A DNA stretch of 64,000 nt. Source: Octopus vulgaris (lineage: Eukaryota). The stretch covers positions 11,470,001-11,534,000 of the forward strand of contig OX597842.1 in the NCBI GenBank assembly GCA_951406725.2, given 5' to 3'. The first letter of the stretch is position 1; every line of letters begins with the position of its first letter. Positions 1-12,691 of the stretch are shown here, in pieces. The notes below the pieces were generated by a model. The model had not been told where the DNA came from and did no database searches. It was given only the letters and a program-made list of their open reading frames with translations. Both the position numbers and the translations under genes were made by a program.

Positions 1-44
1 ACAACCACAGGCTCTGTGACACGCATATATATGTGTACGTACAC

Positions 45-272
<228 letters not shown>

Positions 273-277
<5 letters not shown>

Positions 278-495
278 CTTTATTTTAAGCAGCAGAAAAT
301 TCAACGAAATCTGTTACTCTGAGTTTCTCGTTGCCGTTCATCAGACAGTTTTTGCTAGCAAAAACTGTCTGATGAACGATGAGAAACTCAGAGTAACAGA
401 TTTTGTTGAATTTTCTGCTGCTTAAAATAAAGCATATTACTCTACCACTGGTATTTGAGTACTCTTTTTTCCACCTTGTTTCACATTTATGTGTT

Positions 496-499
<4 letters not shown>
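273..499. mobile_element. Palindromic hammerhead-containing element (Penelope-like terminus) in (TA)n
   Basis: Spacerless inverted repeat 273-356/357-437 centred on GCTAGC. Each arm carries ctgt-CTGATGA-..-GAAA-ctcagag-TA-acag. Confidence 0.8.
311..348 (-). ncRNA. Minimal type I hammerhead ribozyme motif
   Basis: Reverse complement reads ctgt CTGATGA acg-gcaa-cga GAAA ctcagag TA acag: stem I ctgt/acag, short stem II with GCAA loop, stem III actc/gagt, GUA cleavage triplet. Confidence 0.75.
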
Positions 500-534
<35 letters not shown>

Positions 535-814
535 CATATACTTATAGGCATATACATAGGCGCATACACACACACATGCGTATATGTATACATAAACAGA
601 AATGCACACATACCTATACAAATATACACACAGACACATGCAGACATATACACAAGCACAAACACACACACACACATATATATGTACATACTCATACACA
701 TAAGCATACACATAGAGACAGTCATATGTATACATACACATACACATATATACCAATACACATACACACACACACATACACAAATATTCTTATTTTTCCC
801 TCTGTTCTTATATT

Positions 815-1015
815 TGTTTGAGTCATTTGACTGCGGCCATGCTGGAACACCGCCATGCTGGAGCACCTCCTTTAGTCGAGCAAATCGACCCCGGGACTTA
901 TTCTTTGTAAAGCCTAGTACTTATTCTATCGGTCTTTCTTGCCGAAACGCTATATGACGTGGACGTAAACACACCAGCATCGGTTGTCAAGCGGTGTTTG
1001 GGGACAAACAGACAC
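815..1015 (-). mobile_element. SINE family A, 3' half
   Basis: Reverse complement of the family A 3' body (ggcggtgctccagcatggccgcagtcaaatgact). Confidence 0.85.
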
Positions 1016-1041
1016 ACAAAAAAACACACATACACACACAC

Positions 1042-1082
<41 letters not shown>

Positions 1083-1141
1083 AATATGTATATATATACA
1101 TATACATATATATATATATATACATATATATATTTATATAT

Positions 1142-1553
1142 AGGCACAAGAGTGGCTGTGTGGTAAGTAGCTTGCTAACCAACCGCATGGTTCCGGGTTC
1201 AGTCCCACTGCGTGGCATCTTGGGCAAGTGTCTTCTACTATAGCCCCGGGCCGACCAATGCCTTGTGAGTGGATTTGGTAGATGGAACCTGAAAGAAGCC
1301 TGTCGTATATATGTATATATATATATATATGTGTGTGTGTGTTTGTGTGTCTGTGTTTGTCCCCCTAGCATTGCTTGATAACCGATGCTGGTGTGTTTAC
1401 CTCCCCGTCACTTAGCGGTTCGGCAAAAAGAGACCGATAGAATAAGTACTGGGCTCACAAAAGAATAAGTCCCGGGGTCGATTTCCTCGACTAAAATGCG
1501 GTGCTCCAGCATAGCCGCAGTCAAATGACTGAAACAAGTAAAGAGTAAAAAGA
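1142..1553 (+). mobile_element. tRNA-derived SINE family A, full length
   Basis: A box TGGCTGTGTGG, B box GGTTCAGTCCC, internal (TA)/(TG) tract, GTAAAAGA-type tail. More than 20 copies or fragments occur in the window. Confidence 0.9.
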
Positions 1554-1618
<65 letters not shown>

Positions 1619-1994
1619 TGTATACATATATATATATATATATATACATGTATATATATAAATATATATACATATATATATATACGTATATATAGATACA
1701 ATGTACACACATAACCATTCTAATATACAACCATACACACATAGACATAGAGACATAAGGACACATATGTACACATACATATATATATACGAATACGTAC
1801 ACACATACACACATATATATACGCACACATTCTCATTTCGTTTATATACCCACACTCACACACACGTATATATATATATATACATATATATAACATATCC
1901 ATACAACTAGATTACAAGAATTTTTATTGATTCGACGTTTTACAAATGTTGTTCTTGTTACTGATGTTGTTGTTATTGTTGTTATTGCTTATTA

Positions 1995-2027
1995 CGACAA
2001 CGATGACGACGACGATGATGATGATGG

Positions 2028-2062
<35 letters not shown>

Positions 2063-2087
2063 GTGAGGATGATTACGATTATGATGG

Positions 2088-2152
<65 letters not shown>

Positions 2153-2262
2153 ACGATTATGATGGTGATGATGATGGTGATGACGGTGATGATGATGACG
2201 ATGATGATGATGATGACGATGATGATGATGATGACGATGATGATGATGATGATGATGATGAC

Positions 2263-2341
<79 letters not shown>

Positions 2342-2521
2342 TTGATGATGATGATGATGATGATGATGTTGATGATGATGATGATGATGGTGATGATGAC
2401 GATGATGATGGTGATATTGGTGGTGGTGATGGTGGTGGTGGTGGTGGTGGTGATGGTGGTGGTGGTGGTGGTGATGGTGATGATGATGATGATGATGATG
2501 ATGATATTGGTGGTGATGATG
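1995..2521. repeat. (GAT)n/(GGT)n trinucleotide array
   Basis: Read directly. Confidence 0.97.
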
Positions 2522-2571
2522 TTGCTGCTGCTGCTTTTGTGTGTTGTTTGTTTTAGTTGTTTGTTTGTTGT

Positions 2572-2734
2572 TTAGTGGAAGTCGAGTTCCGCTACAGCAG
2601 CCATGTTGGCAAGGTCGCCGCCGATCGATACATCCGTTCGATCTGCCAGCCACAGATCCATGCCAAAATCTCCACAAACATCGCAACACTTCGCACAACC
2701 ACCGGCACGAGCAGAAAGGCAGTCGATCGACCTC
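2572..2734 (-). other. Possible terminal exon of a minus-strand gene
   Basis: Unique GC-richer island. Minus-strand acceptor ggttgttatttctAG|GAGG followed by ~50 open codons and a stop in two frames. No recognisable homology. Confidence 0.25.
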
Positions 2735-3042
2735 CTAGAAATAACAACCAAGTCTCACTTCAATCACACATAAATGCAGTTAACGATAGCAATTATCTTT
2801 TTACCTTTTTACTTGTTTCAATTATTGGACTGCGGCCATGCTGGGGCACTGCCAAGAAGTTTGAATCGAATGAATCGACTCCAGTCCTTAGGTTTTTTTT
2901 TCTTTCTTTTTTAAGCCTGGTGTTTATTGTATCGATCTCCTATGGCAGAACCGCTAAGTTAAGGGGACGTAGACACATTAACACTGGTTCTCAAGCAGTG
3001 GGGGGGGGGACAAACACAGACACACAAACACACACACACTCA

Positions 3043-3085
<43 letters not shown>

Positions 3086-3087
3086 TA

Positions 3088-3157
3088 TGAATTTTTATTG
3101 GGAATTATTTTCTCTGTTTTTGGATTCCTAAAAAGTTTCAATTGTTCTATTTGAACT

Positions 3158-3192
<35 letters not shown>

Positions 3193-3234
3193 GCACACAC
3201 ACACAGACACACACACTCACACATCTATCTATCC

Positions 3235-3328
<94 letters not shown>

Positions 3329-3634
3329 ATACATACATATATATATAGGCGCATGAGTGGCTGTGTGGTAAGTAGGTTGCTTACCAACCACATGGTTCCG
3401 GGTTCAGTCCCACTGCGTGGCATCTTGGGCAAGTGTTTTCTCCCATAGCCTCGGGCTGACCAAAGCCTTGTGAGAGGATTTGATAGACGGAAACTCACAG
3501 TTGAAAAAGTCGAAAAGACTGAAACCGGTTCTAAAATGTTCTTCATGATAAAATTATTTTAGCATTTTCTACTTTGTCTTATACATGTGCACTCGTGTGT
3601 TACTTTTCAACTTTATCTCTCTTTCTCTCTCTCC

Positions 3635-3680
<46 letters not shown>

Positions 3681-4027
3681 GTATATAACTGGAACAAACA
3701 ACAATTAGAAGGACAAGCACAAAAAGACGGTCATTCTTGGCTTTCTTTCATCGGTCAAGTTCCAGTAGTCACGACTATTTCGGGCAGTTACACTTGAGAT
3801 GGTTCGATCTAGTTTCCTCCCAAAAAGTCCAAGCTAAGAGTATTAGACTCCTTTGTAAGCAAGGTAGTGAATGTGTACGGGAACGAAGACAAAAAGCAAA
3901 CAAACAAACAAACAAATGGACCAAATGGTACACAATTACGAATACAAACAACAAGAAATAACAACAGACGTCTTTCGACTGAGAGCGAATTGAATTGAGC
4001 TGGCGTGTATGAACTGAAAACCTACAT

Positions 4028-4067
<40 letters not shown>

Positions 4068-4147
4068 GTATGCATATAAATATATGTATATATCTGTATG
4101 TATGTGTATACACACACAAACATATATATATAGATATATATATATAT

Positions 4148-4200
<53 letters not shown>

Positions 4201-4221
4201 TACATACATATATATTTATAC

Positions 4222-4266
<45 letters not shown>

Positions 4267-4292
4267 CATATATATATATATATATACATATG

Positions 4293-4371
<79 letters not shown>

Positions 4372-4427
4372 GTTTGTGTGTGTGTATACACATACATACA
4401 GATATATACATATATTTATATGCATAC

Positions 4428-4465
<38 letters not shown>

Positions 4466-4809
4466 ATGTAGGTTTTCAGTTCATACACGCCAGCTCAATT
4501 CAATTCGCTCTCAGTCGAAAGACATCTGTTGTTATTTATTGTTGTTTGTATTCGTAATTGTGTACCATTTGGTCCATTTGTTTGTTTGTTTGTTTGCTTT
4601 TTGTCTTCGTTCCCGTACACATTCACTACCTTGCTTACAAAGGAGTCTAATACTCTTAGCTTGGACTTTTTGGGAGGAAACTAGATCGAACCATCTCAAG
4701 TGTAACTGCCCGAAATAGTCGTGACTACTGGAACTTGACCGATGAAGAAAGCCAAGAATGACCGTCTTTGTGCTTGTCCTTCTAATTGTTGTTTGTTCCA
4801 GTTATATAC

Positions 4810-4870
<61 letters not shown>

Positions 4871-5173
4871 TAAAGTTGAAAAGTAACACACGAGTGCACA
4901 TGTATAAGACAAAGTAGAAAATGCTAAAATAATTTTATCATGAAGAACATTTTAGAACCGGTTTCAGTCTTTTCGACTTTTTCAACTGAGAATTTCCGTC
5001 TATCAAATCCTCTCACAAGGCTTTGGTCAGCCCGAGGCTATGGGAGAAAACACTTGCCCAAGATGCCACGCAGTGGGACTGAACCCGGAACCATGTGGTT
5101 GGTAAGCAACCTACTTACCACACAGCCACTCATGCGCCTATATATATATATATGTATATATATATAGATAGAG

Positions 5174-5269
<96 letters not shown>

Positions 5270-5393
5270 GTGTGTGTGTGTCTGTGTGTGTGTGCGTGAG
5301 AGAGAGAGAGAGAGAGAGAATAAGTTCAAATAGAACAATTGAAACTTTTTAGGAATCCAAAAACAGAGAAAATAATTCCCAATAAAAATTCAT
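3088..5393. repeat. ~2.3 kb inverted duplication (palindrome) centred on a TA microsatellite
   Basis: 3088-~4130 is the reverse complement of ~4370-5393, including unique sequence and a SINE A head (3347-3495 / 4990-5139). There are a few substitutions and indels between arms. Confidence 0.93.
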
Positions 5394-5443
5394 GATATTC
5401 ATAATAGTCAGCCAGAGTAAGTAGTAAGAATATGAAAATAACA

Positions 5444-6016
5444 ATTGAAAAGTCCGTTGTAGGTATAAAGATACCATAAACAAGTATAAACATGGAGAAA
5501 AGATGTTAAAAAATCAAAATTAGATTCAATACATAAGTACGTTTCAAAAGACAATACAAATATGTAAGAAAAATTATAATAATAATTATTATAATTAAAG
5601 AAATCTATTGTCATTCTCTCCAATGTGGAGAATTTTAGGATGAACATCAAAAAAGTGATTAATAAAAGTCAATGAGGAAAAATAAATGGGGAAATGAGGA
5701 AAAATTCGACCGGATATTTACAAATATGTTTTAAAAGTGAAAAATAATAAAAGAATCGTAAAAGAAAGACATATCAATGTATATGCAAGTCTATTTCTCC
5801 TTATTGACTTTTATTAAGTTTTTTGATGTTTTTCCTGAAATTTTTCACACTTGTGAGAATGACTACATAACTTTAATTATAACAATAATTTCTTTTTTGT
5901 ATTGTCCTTGGAAACGTTCGTATGTATAACATCCAATTTTGACTTCTTAACATCGTTTCTCCGTTTTTTTTATACTTGTTTACGATATCTTTATACCTAT
6001 AACGAACTTTTTCAAT
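5444..6016. mobile_element. Old diverged inverted-repeat element with degenerate hammerhead remnants
   Basis: Arms ~5444-5690 and ~5790-6016 are diverged reverse complements. The right arm reads aca CTTGTGA gaatgac...gtcctt gGAAA cgttc GTA tgt. Confidence 0.6.
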
Positions 6017-6100
6017 ATATATATATATCTATGCATATATCAGACCGACCAAAGACTTGTGAGTGGATCCGATAGACGGATATATATATATATACATAGT

Positions 6101-6137
<37 letters not shown>

Positions 6138-6148
6138 ATACACATAGT

Positions 6149-6179
<31 letters not shown>

Positions 6180-6212
6180 ACATATATATATATATATATA
6201 CATAGTTATATA

Positions 6213-6262
<50 letters not shown>

Positions 6263-6359
6263 GGAGCATAATTCAACACTTACAGGGAAAAATTCAATTT
6301 AGTATTAAATTAAATTTCACAATAGAGATATATAAAGTATAAATTAGAGATAAAACCAC

Positions 6360-6508
6360 TATTATGCAATTCAAACAATGATAGACACAAACCAAAGAAT
6401 AACAAATAATATATATTTTTATAAGACATAATTAGATCAGTTATATGTTTCATAAAAATATATTTCATTTGTTATTTTTGGGTTTGTGTCTATCATTGTT
6501 TGAATTGC

Positions 6509-6514
<6 letters not shown>
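6360..6514. repeat. Inverted repeat (hairpin) in (TA)n
   Basis: tattatgcaattcaaacaatgatagacacaaacc... pairs with ...gggtttgtgtctatcattgtttgaattgcataata. Confidence 0.85.
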
Positions 6515-6558
<44 letters not shown>

Positions 6559-6562
<4 letters not shown>

Positions 6563-6785
6563 AGTAGTTGAATGAATTATCTTGTTATGGATAATTCGGT
6601 TAACCGATACCTGGGTAGCAAATTCACATCAGAGAAGACACGTTTGAAGTTACGTGCTTTCGTGTGGAAATTTGTATGTTTTTTTTTAAATATAAATTCC
6701 TTCGCAATTAGGAATATGTAGCCATCGAAACATATGTCGAAAATAAAGGAATTTTGTTAATTCGTCGTTCAACTCCATTCTTTCA
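6559..6785 (+). mobile_element. Degenerate copy of the hammerhead element at 14524-14800
   Basis: Shares both ends with the reverse complement of 14524-14800 (agtag.tgaatgaattatc... and GAAAcatatgTCga..taaaggaattttgttaa...ctccattctttcat). The CUGAUGA half is decayed. Confidence 0.7.
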
Positions 6786-7076
6786 TATATATATATATAT
6801 ATATATATACCCACAGAAGCACAGTTAAACGTTACGAACCTCATTCAATGATAACAAAAGCCCATGAAAGTCGTGGTTACTTACCTATACAAAGATTATT
6901 GGATGTTAAATTTAATACTCCACTGCGAGGTAACTATATAAACCATGGTTTATATATATTGCATTTATTATAAGATGAGATAATAGAAATGTAATTAATA
7001 AATTATTATTTATTTGTCAATTTTTAATTAATAAATGATAATCTATTAATTACCTCTCAATTTTCTCATCTTATTA

Positions 7077-7537
7077 TATATATTTATAAGACTGCCATAT
7101 TAGTATGGCGATAACTATTAATTTCCAGTAACGCTGCCGTAATCTCCTTTAGAGAGACTTAGTAATTTTAATATTTCTATTAGAGAAAACAAGTGGATGT
7201 ATTCCACCGAAACTAGGTAAATAAAGCCTTCGAACTGAGACGATCAGTAGCGACACCTGCAAGTCTGACTACACTGCATTGATAAGGGCAACAACCCTGA
7301 AACGTCGTCTGTAGCTGTCTGACTGGCAGGATGAAGCGACTGAACTCCCTTGTTCGAAGGTTTTTTAATGGACGCAGGTTCGTGTGTCATATAGCTAGCT
7401 AGAGGCGGTGGCCTCATGGAGCTAACCAGCGACAGCTTTAGTCTTATATTTATAAGACTGCCATATTAGTATGGCGATAACTATTAATTTCCAGTAACAC
7501 TGCCGTAATCTCCTTTAGAGAGACTTAGTAATTTCAA

Positions 7538-7545
<8 letters not shown>
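7077..7545 (+). mobile_element. Partial-tandem element (366-bp period, ~103-bp terminal direct repeats) with a hammerhead-like core
   Basis: 7077-7179 is repeated at 7443-7545. 7274-7314 reads ctgca TTGATAA ggg-caacaa-ccct GAAA cgtc GTC tgtag. Confidence 0.65.
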
Positions 7546-7619
<74 letters not shown>

Positions 7620-7622
<3 letters not shown>

Positions 7623-7925
7623 AGGCGCAATGGCCTAGTGGTTAGGGCAGCGGACTCGCGGTCGTAGGATCGGGGTTTCGATTCCTAGACCGGGCGTTGT
7701 GAGTGTTTATTGAGCGAAAACACATAAAGCTCCACGAGGCCCCGGCAGGGGGGGTGGCGGTCTCTGCTGTACTCTTTCGCAACAACTTTCTCTCACTCTT
7801 TCTTCTGTGGGCCTGCTCGCTTAGCCAGCGGGGTGGCGTCATTTGAAGGTTAAAACAATGCGAAGCGCATTGTGACCAGCGATGTGTAGCAACATCTGAT
7901 AGCCTGGTCGGTCACGGTGATCACG

Positions 7926-7930
<5 letters not shown>
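7620..7930 (+). mobile_element. tRNA-derived SINE family B, RTE-tail variant
   Basis: A box TGGCCTAGTGG, B box GTTTCGATTCC, tail ggtcggtcacggtgatcacggtgat. Further copies at 12141-12443 (+) and 50890-51120 (-, truncated). Confidence 0.88.
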
Positions 7931-8002
<72 letters not shown>

Positions 8003-8006
8003 GTGT

Positions 8007-8390
8007 TGGCTGTGTGGTAAGTAGCTTGCTTACGAACCACATGGTTCCGGGTTCAGTCCCACTGCGTGGCATCTTGGGCAAGTGTCTTCTGCTATAGCCC
8101 CGGGCCGACCAATGCCTTGTGAGTGGATTTGGTAGACGGAAACTGAAAGAAGCCTGTCGTATATATATATATATATGTGTGTGTTTGTGTGTCTGTGTTT
8201 GTCCCCCTAGCATTGCTTGACAACCGATGCTGGTGTGTTTACGTTCCCGTCACTTAGCGGTTCGGCAAAAGAGACTGATAGAATAAGTACTGGGCTTACA
8301 AAGAATAAGTCCCGGGGTCGATTTGCTCGACTAAAGGTGGTGCTCCAGCATGGCCGCAGTCAAATGACTGAAACAAGTAAAAGAAAAAAA
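8007..8390 (+). mobile_element. SINE family A
   Basis: Near-identical to 1142-1553. Confidence 0.9.
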
Positions 8391-8400
8391 GAAAGAAAAA

Positions 8401-8462
<62 letters not shown>

Positions 8463-9044
8463 GTGTGTATATGTGATGTAATGCCGTCTATTCCAATATA
8501 AGTTATTCCAACCGCTGATTCACATAAATACCTGCATCTATAATGTGTCTTCGACGAGAGACACGAAGCCAGCTTTTATTCACCAGCCGCCGCTACGACA
8601 GCCAACGTCGCCGTCACAAGTCGCACGATTGAAAGAGCCAAGCTTAGAGTTGGCTTCCAATTTCCGCCATTTTTGCCGATTCTTTTCATCTCCTCAAACT
8701 TTGAGGAATCCCATTATTTTATAAGATTCCGAACCAATTTTCTCGATAATATCCTATCCTCCACCATTCTTTCCAAAATCGTTATGGACACACTTAAAAG
8801 ACAGGAATTCGATTTTAGGTTTAACTTTCTCTCACATGTCTGAGCTTTTATTGTATCTTATTCCATCTTTAAAAGTTGGTTATATAGGTGCGGCTGTGAC
8901 TCTGTGGTTAATAAACTTGCTTCTCAACCGTGTAGACATGGTGGGATTCAATACCACTGCGTGGCACCTAAGACACATGTCTTCTACTAAAGCACTGGAA
9001 ACTGAAAGAAGCCCGCCATATATATTACTTTACTTCTTTTTTTT

Positions 9045-9454
9045 TACTTTTTTACTTGTTTCAGTCATTTGACTGCCGCCATGCTGGAGCACCGCCTTTA
9101 GTCGAGCAACTCGACCCCGGGACTTATTCTTTTGTAAGCCCAGTACTTATTCTATCGGTCTCTTTTGCCGAACCGCTAAGAGACGGAGACTTAAACACAC
9201 CAGCATCGGTTGTCAAGCAATGCTAGGGGGACAAACACAGGCACACAAACATATACACACACACTTATATATATATATATACATATATACGACAGGCTTC
9301 TTTCAGTTTCCGTCTACCAAATCCACTCACAAGGCATTGGTCGGCCCGGGGCTATAGCAGAAGACCCTTGCCCAAGATGCCACGCATTGGGACTGAACCC
9401 GGAACCATATGGTTGGTTAGCAAGCTACTTACCACACAGCCACTCCTGCACCTA
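9045..9454 (-). mobile_element. SINE family A
   Basis: Reverse-complement full copy. Confidence 0.9.
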
Positions 9455-9529
9455 TAGATATATGGCGGGCTTCTTTCAGTTTCCATCAACAAACTTAACA
9501 CTTTGGCTACCGGTCACTCTAGACACTCT

Positions 9530-9763
9530 AGACGTCGCCCGGCTCACCGATAATCGGTGGACCCGTGAAGTTGTCGAGTGGTACCCGCGCGAGCGGAAAA
9601 GACCACCCGGAAGGCCTCCACGACGGTGAGTTACGATTTCAGGAGGACGATTGGGATCACGTGGATGAGAAAGGCGCGATCCAGAGAGGAGTGAACAGCG
9701 TACTGTGACCAGCGGTGTCAAATGGACGCCTGACGGACTGGTCGGTCAAGGTGATCAAGGTGA
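9530..9763 (+). mobile_element. RTE-clade LINE 3' fragment
   Basis: Encodes VARLTDNRWTREVVEWYPRERKRPPGRPPRR, a typical RTE ORF C-terminus, and ends in a short tandem tail (tcaaggtga)2. Confidence 0.8.
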
Positions 9764-9769
9764 GATATA

Positions 9770-10167
9770 TCTTTATATATAAAAGTAAGGTTGTGTGTCT
9801 GTCTCCTACGATTTAGATTCCTAACTACTCCCACATTTTGCGGTGCAGTTTAACCAAAAGCGGGTATCTTATAGTCGTGATTTATATCGAGCCCTTCTGG
9901 GTATTAGCGCGCGTCTACGATGAGTCTACGATTAAAAAAAAAATTACCATCATTTTTTTCCATTTTAATGCATTTTTTCGCTATTATATAAGGGAAGTAA
10001 CTCTCCAAAAATGTCTACGATGAGTCAACGAACAATTTTTAAAAAAAATTACCATCATTTTTTCCATTTTTAATGCATTTTTTGCTATTTTTTGGCTATA
10101 ACTCTCTAAAAATGCTTATATAGTTATTTCCCTTACAAACCCGAGCAACGCCGGGCGATACTGCTAG
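9770..10167 (+). mobile_element. Non-autonomous Helitron
   Basis: 5' A|TC start, subterminal GC hairpin cccgagcaacgccggg, 3' CTAG|T end, no TSD, internal partial duplication. Confidence 0.8.
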
Positions 10168-10276
10168 TATATATATAAACAAGGATAAGATCGTTAATTT
10201 AAAAATAAAATAACGATTTTATCAAGTGGTCAGCATGGAAAAAATAACCTTCAAAGGTAATAATTATTAAAATTAT

Positions 10277-10489
10277 AAATTAGGGTATATACGCGATACC
10301 ACCATGCTAAAACCAGCAGCCATGATCTGACTCTAAAACCACCTAAATTTTCCATATATCAACACAGAGAAAAAACAAAGGGACAAGATAAAACTAGTAA
10401 AAAATTACTGGATAATTCTAGGTGGTTTTGAAGTCAGATCATGGCTGCTATTTCCAGCATGGTTGTATCTCGTAGATACCCTAATTTAG
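10277..10489. repeat. Inverted repeat (~75-bp arms) in (TA)n
   Basis: taaattagggtat..ccatgct..gcagccatgatctgact..aaaaccaccta pairs with taggtggtttt..agtcagatcatggctgc..agcatgg..ataccctaattta. Confidence 0.85.
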
Positions 10490-10510
10490 AATTTATATAT
10501 ATATACATAC

Positions 10511-10585
<75 letters not shown>

Positions 10586-10601
10586 CATACATATTATATT
10601 T

Positions 10602-10659
<58 letters not shown>

Positions 10660-10695
10660 AACGCATACATACATACAAGAAAGAGTTTTTGAAGA

Positions 10696-10915
10696 CATAC
10701 AGCCTGTCCATAAATTATCTTTATAACTTGCATTATTTATTGTATCTATTTATTGTGTGAAACTAACAGAGACAACCTGGAAAAGTGTTGGAATATTTCT
10801 AATAAAACTTTATGTCTTTGACTATGTTTTCCACTAAATTTGTCTGAGTTATTTTTATTTGTAATTTTTTTCTGCCACTTTCAAATTGTAAAGATAATTT
10901 ATAGACAGCTTGTAT
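10696..10915. mobile_element. MITE-like element, Tc1/mariner-type ends
   Basis: ~30-bp imperfect TIRs tacagcctgtccataaattatcttta / taaagataatttatagacagcttgta. Confidence 0.55.
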
Positions 10916-11799
10916 TTAGAAACGCAGGTATGGCTACGTGATTAAGAAACTCGCTTTACATCCGTGTGGTTTCGGTTTTAGTCCCACTCCGTGGAAACTT
11001 GGGTAACAGGCTTCTACTATGGCTCCGGGCCGATTAATATCGTTGTGGGTGCATTCGGTAGACGGAAGCTATATATTTATAATTCTAGACCACATGAAGA
11101 CGGAATAAGCAAGCTTTAATTACAATATACAGCTGTTTCTTACTGCACTTTCAGTATCATACTATAACACAAATTATTTTATACATAATTGCATAAGTAA
11201 ATGTATATCAAATATGTTACGTAAAACCCAGTAACTAACAGTTCCTACCACTGCACTAAAACAATTGTTATCTTTTGTAATGAATGCGTGTTTGTTCGAT
11301 ATTTTTGTATAAATTTTATATAAATTCTACACACTAACCGAGTTCCACATGAATATCCAGTATAAGGCTAAACCTGGTACAAGATAGCATATGGTAGCCG
11401 ATATCTGTATAGAAGCTTTGATGTACACGTTATAATTATTCCTGCTAAGACAACATCCCTTCAAATATCGCACGGTACAATGGACACAAACACACCACTT
11501 CACAGACTCATATCCACATTTCAACAGGTCACTGTCGAAATCTTATCAATTCCCACTAGGAGCATCCTGCTTCTCAAAGGTTATTTGTTTCAAATTATCC
11601 GACGGCATTACAAGACACAACACGGGAGCATGACAACCAATAATTTAAGGAAAGATATATACAGCATATGCACTCCTTCGGGTACAGAGATGGAGAAAAA
11701 CTCCACATTCCTTTCCCGTTTCATCTGGAGACTCCACAATCATCGGAACGACATCTCCAGCATTGACTATCATGGACAGTACCATGGACAGGGCATCCC

Positions 11800-11975
11800 T
11801 TAAGGCATTCCGCATGAGGAGGATAGGGCCGCGACCATTTCATGCCAGAGGACTCGATCTTGGACAACCTCTTTCGTTTCAGACTAATTGCTTTCACTTT
11901 ATCCTCCACGCATCCTTTCCAGGTCTTCTTAGGTCATCCAACTTGCCTCTTTCCTTCAGGTTGCCAGTGTAATAC
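11800..11975 (-). mobile_element. Decayed RTE-like LINE 3' fragment
   Basis: Minus strand reads LHWQPEGKRQVG*PKKTWKGCVE...VQDRVLWHEMVAAL. Confidence 0.7.
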
Positions 11976-12140
11976 ACCTATACCTCGGTACTACGGACTA
12001 CAAACGGGTAACATCGGTCCGATGAAACCGATTGTCCGTAGATACCAACACTAAGGTAAAATTACGTTAGGAGTGGCTAATATCAACAATTACATCACGA
12101 AAGACAGAGGAAGAAATACAGTACCGTACTTTATAATCAG

Positions 12141-12443
12141 TGGAGGCGCAATGGCCTAGTGGTTAGGGCAGCGGACTCGCGGTCGCAGGATCGCGGTTTC
12201 GATTCCCAGACCGGGCATTGTGTGTGTTTATTGAGCGAAAACAACTAAAAGCTCCACGAGGCTCCGGCAGGGGGTGGTGGCGACCCCTGCTGTACTCTTT
12301 CGCCACTCTTTCTACCACTCTTTCTTCTGTTGGCCTGCTCGCTTAGCCAGCGGGGTGGCGTCATTCGAAGGCTAAAACAATGCGAACGCATTGTGACCAG
12401 CGACGTGTAACAACATCTGATGGTCAGGTCGGTCACGTGATCA
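12141..12443 (+). mobile_element. SINE family B, RTE-tail variant
   Basis: Homologous to 7620-7930. Confidence 0.88.
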
Positions 12444-12691
12444 CTTTGTAATCAAACACACTATCCAATCTGACAGTGTAAAATACCTGTACACTGTAAA
12501 TATACACTTATAATACAGTAAATTCACCATTTTTAATTTGAAGTCAGATTTACCATGGTTAGTGAAGGTGCGTTGTTGATATAACGTGGTTTTACCCGCT
12601 GCTTCCGAAACCCGTTAAAGGGACGACCGTAGTATTGACATATCAGTGTATTTGTTTTGTAGTGCTACTTGGAGGACTCTTTAGAGTGTGA

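Noticed and set aside
7620-7695. tRNA genes at SINE heads
   Set aside because: A and B boxes are present, but there is no complete cloverleaf and each runs into a SINE body.
11121-11230. GAAAcagctgTA on the minus strand (also 45725 +, 57830 +, 62515 -)
   Set aside because: Only the 3' half of a hammerhead is recognisable; there is no convincing CUGANGA with paired stem I, so these were not called.
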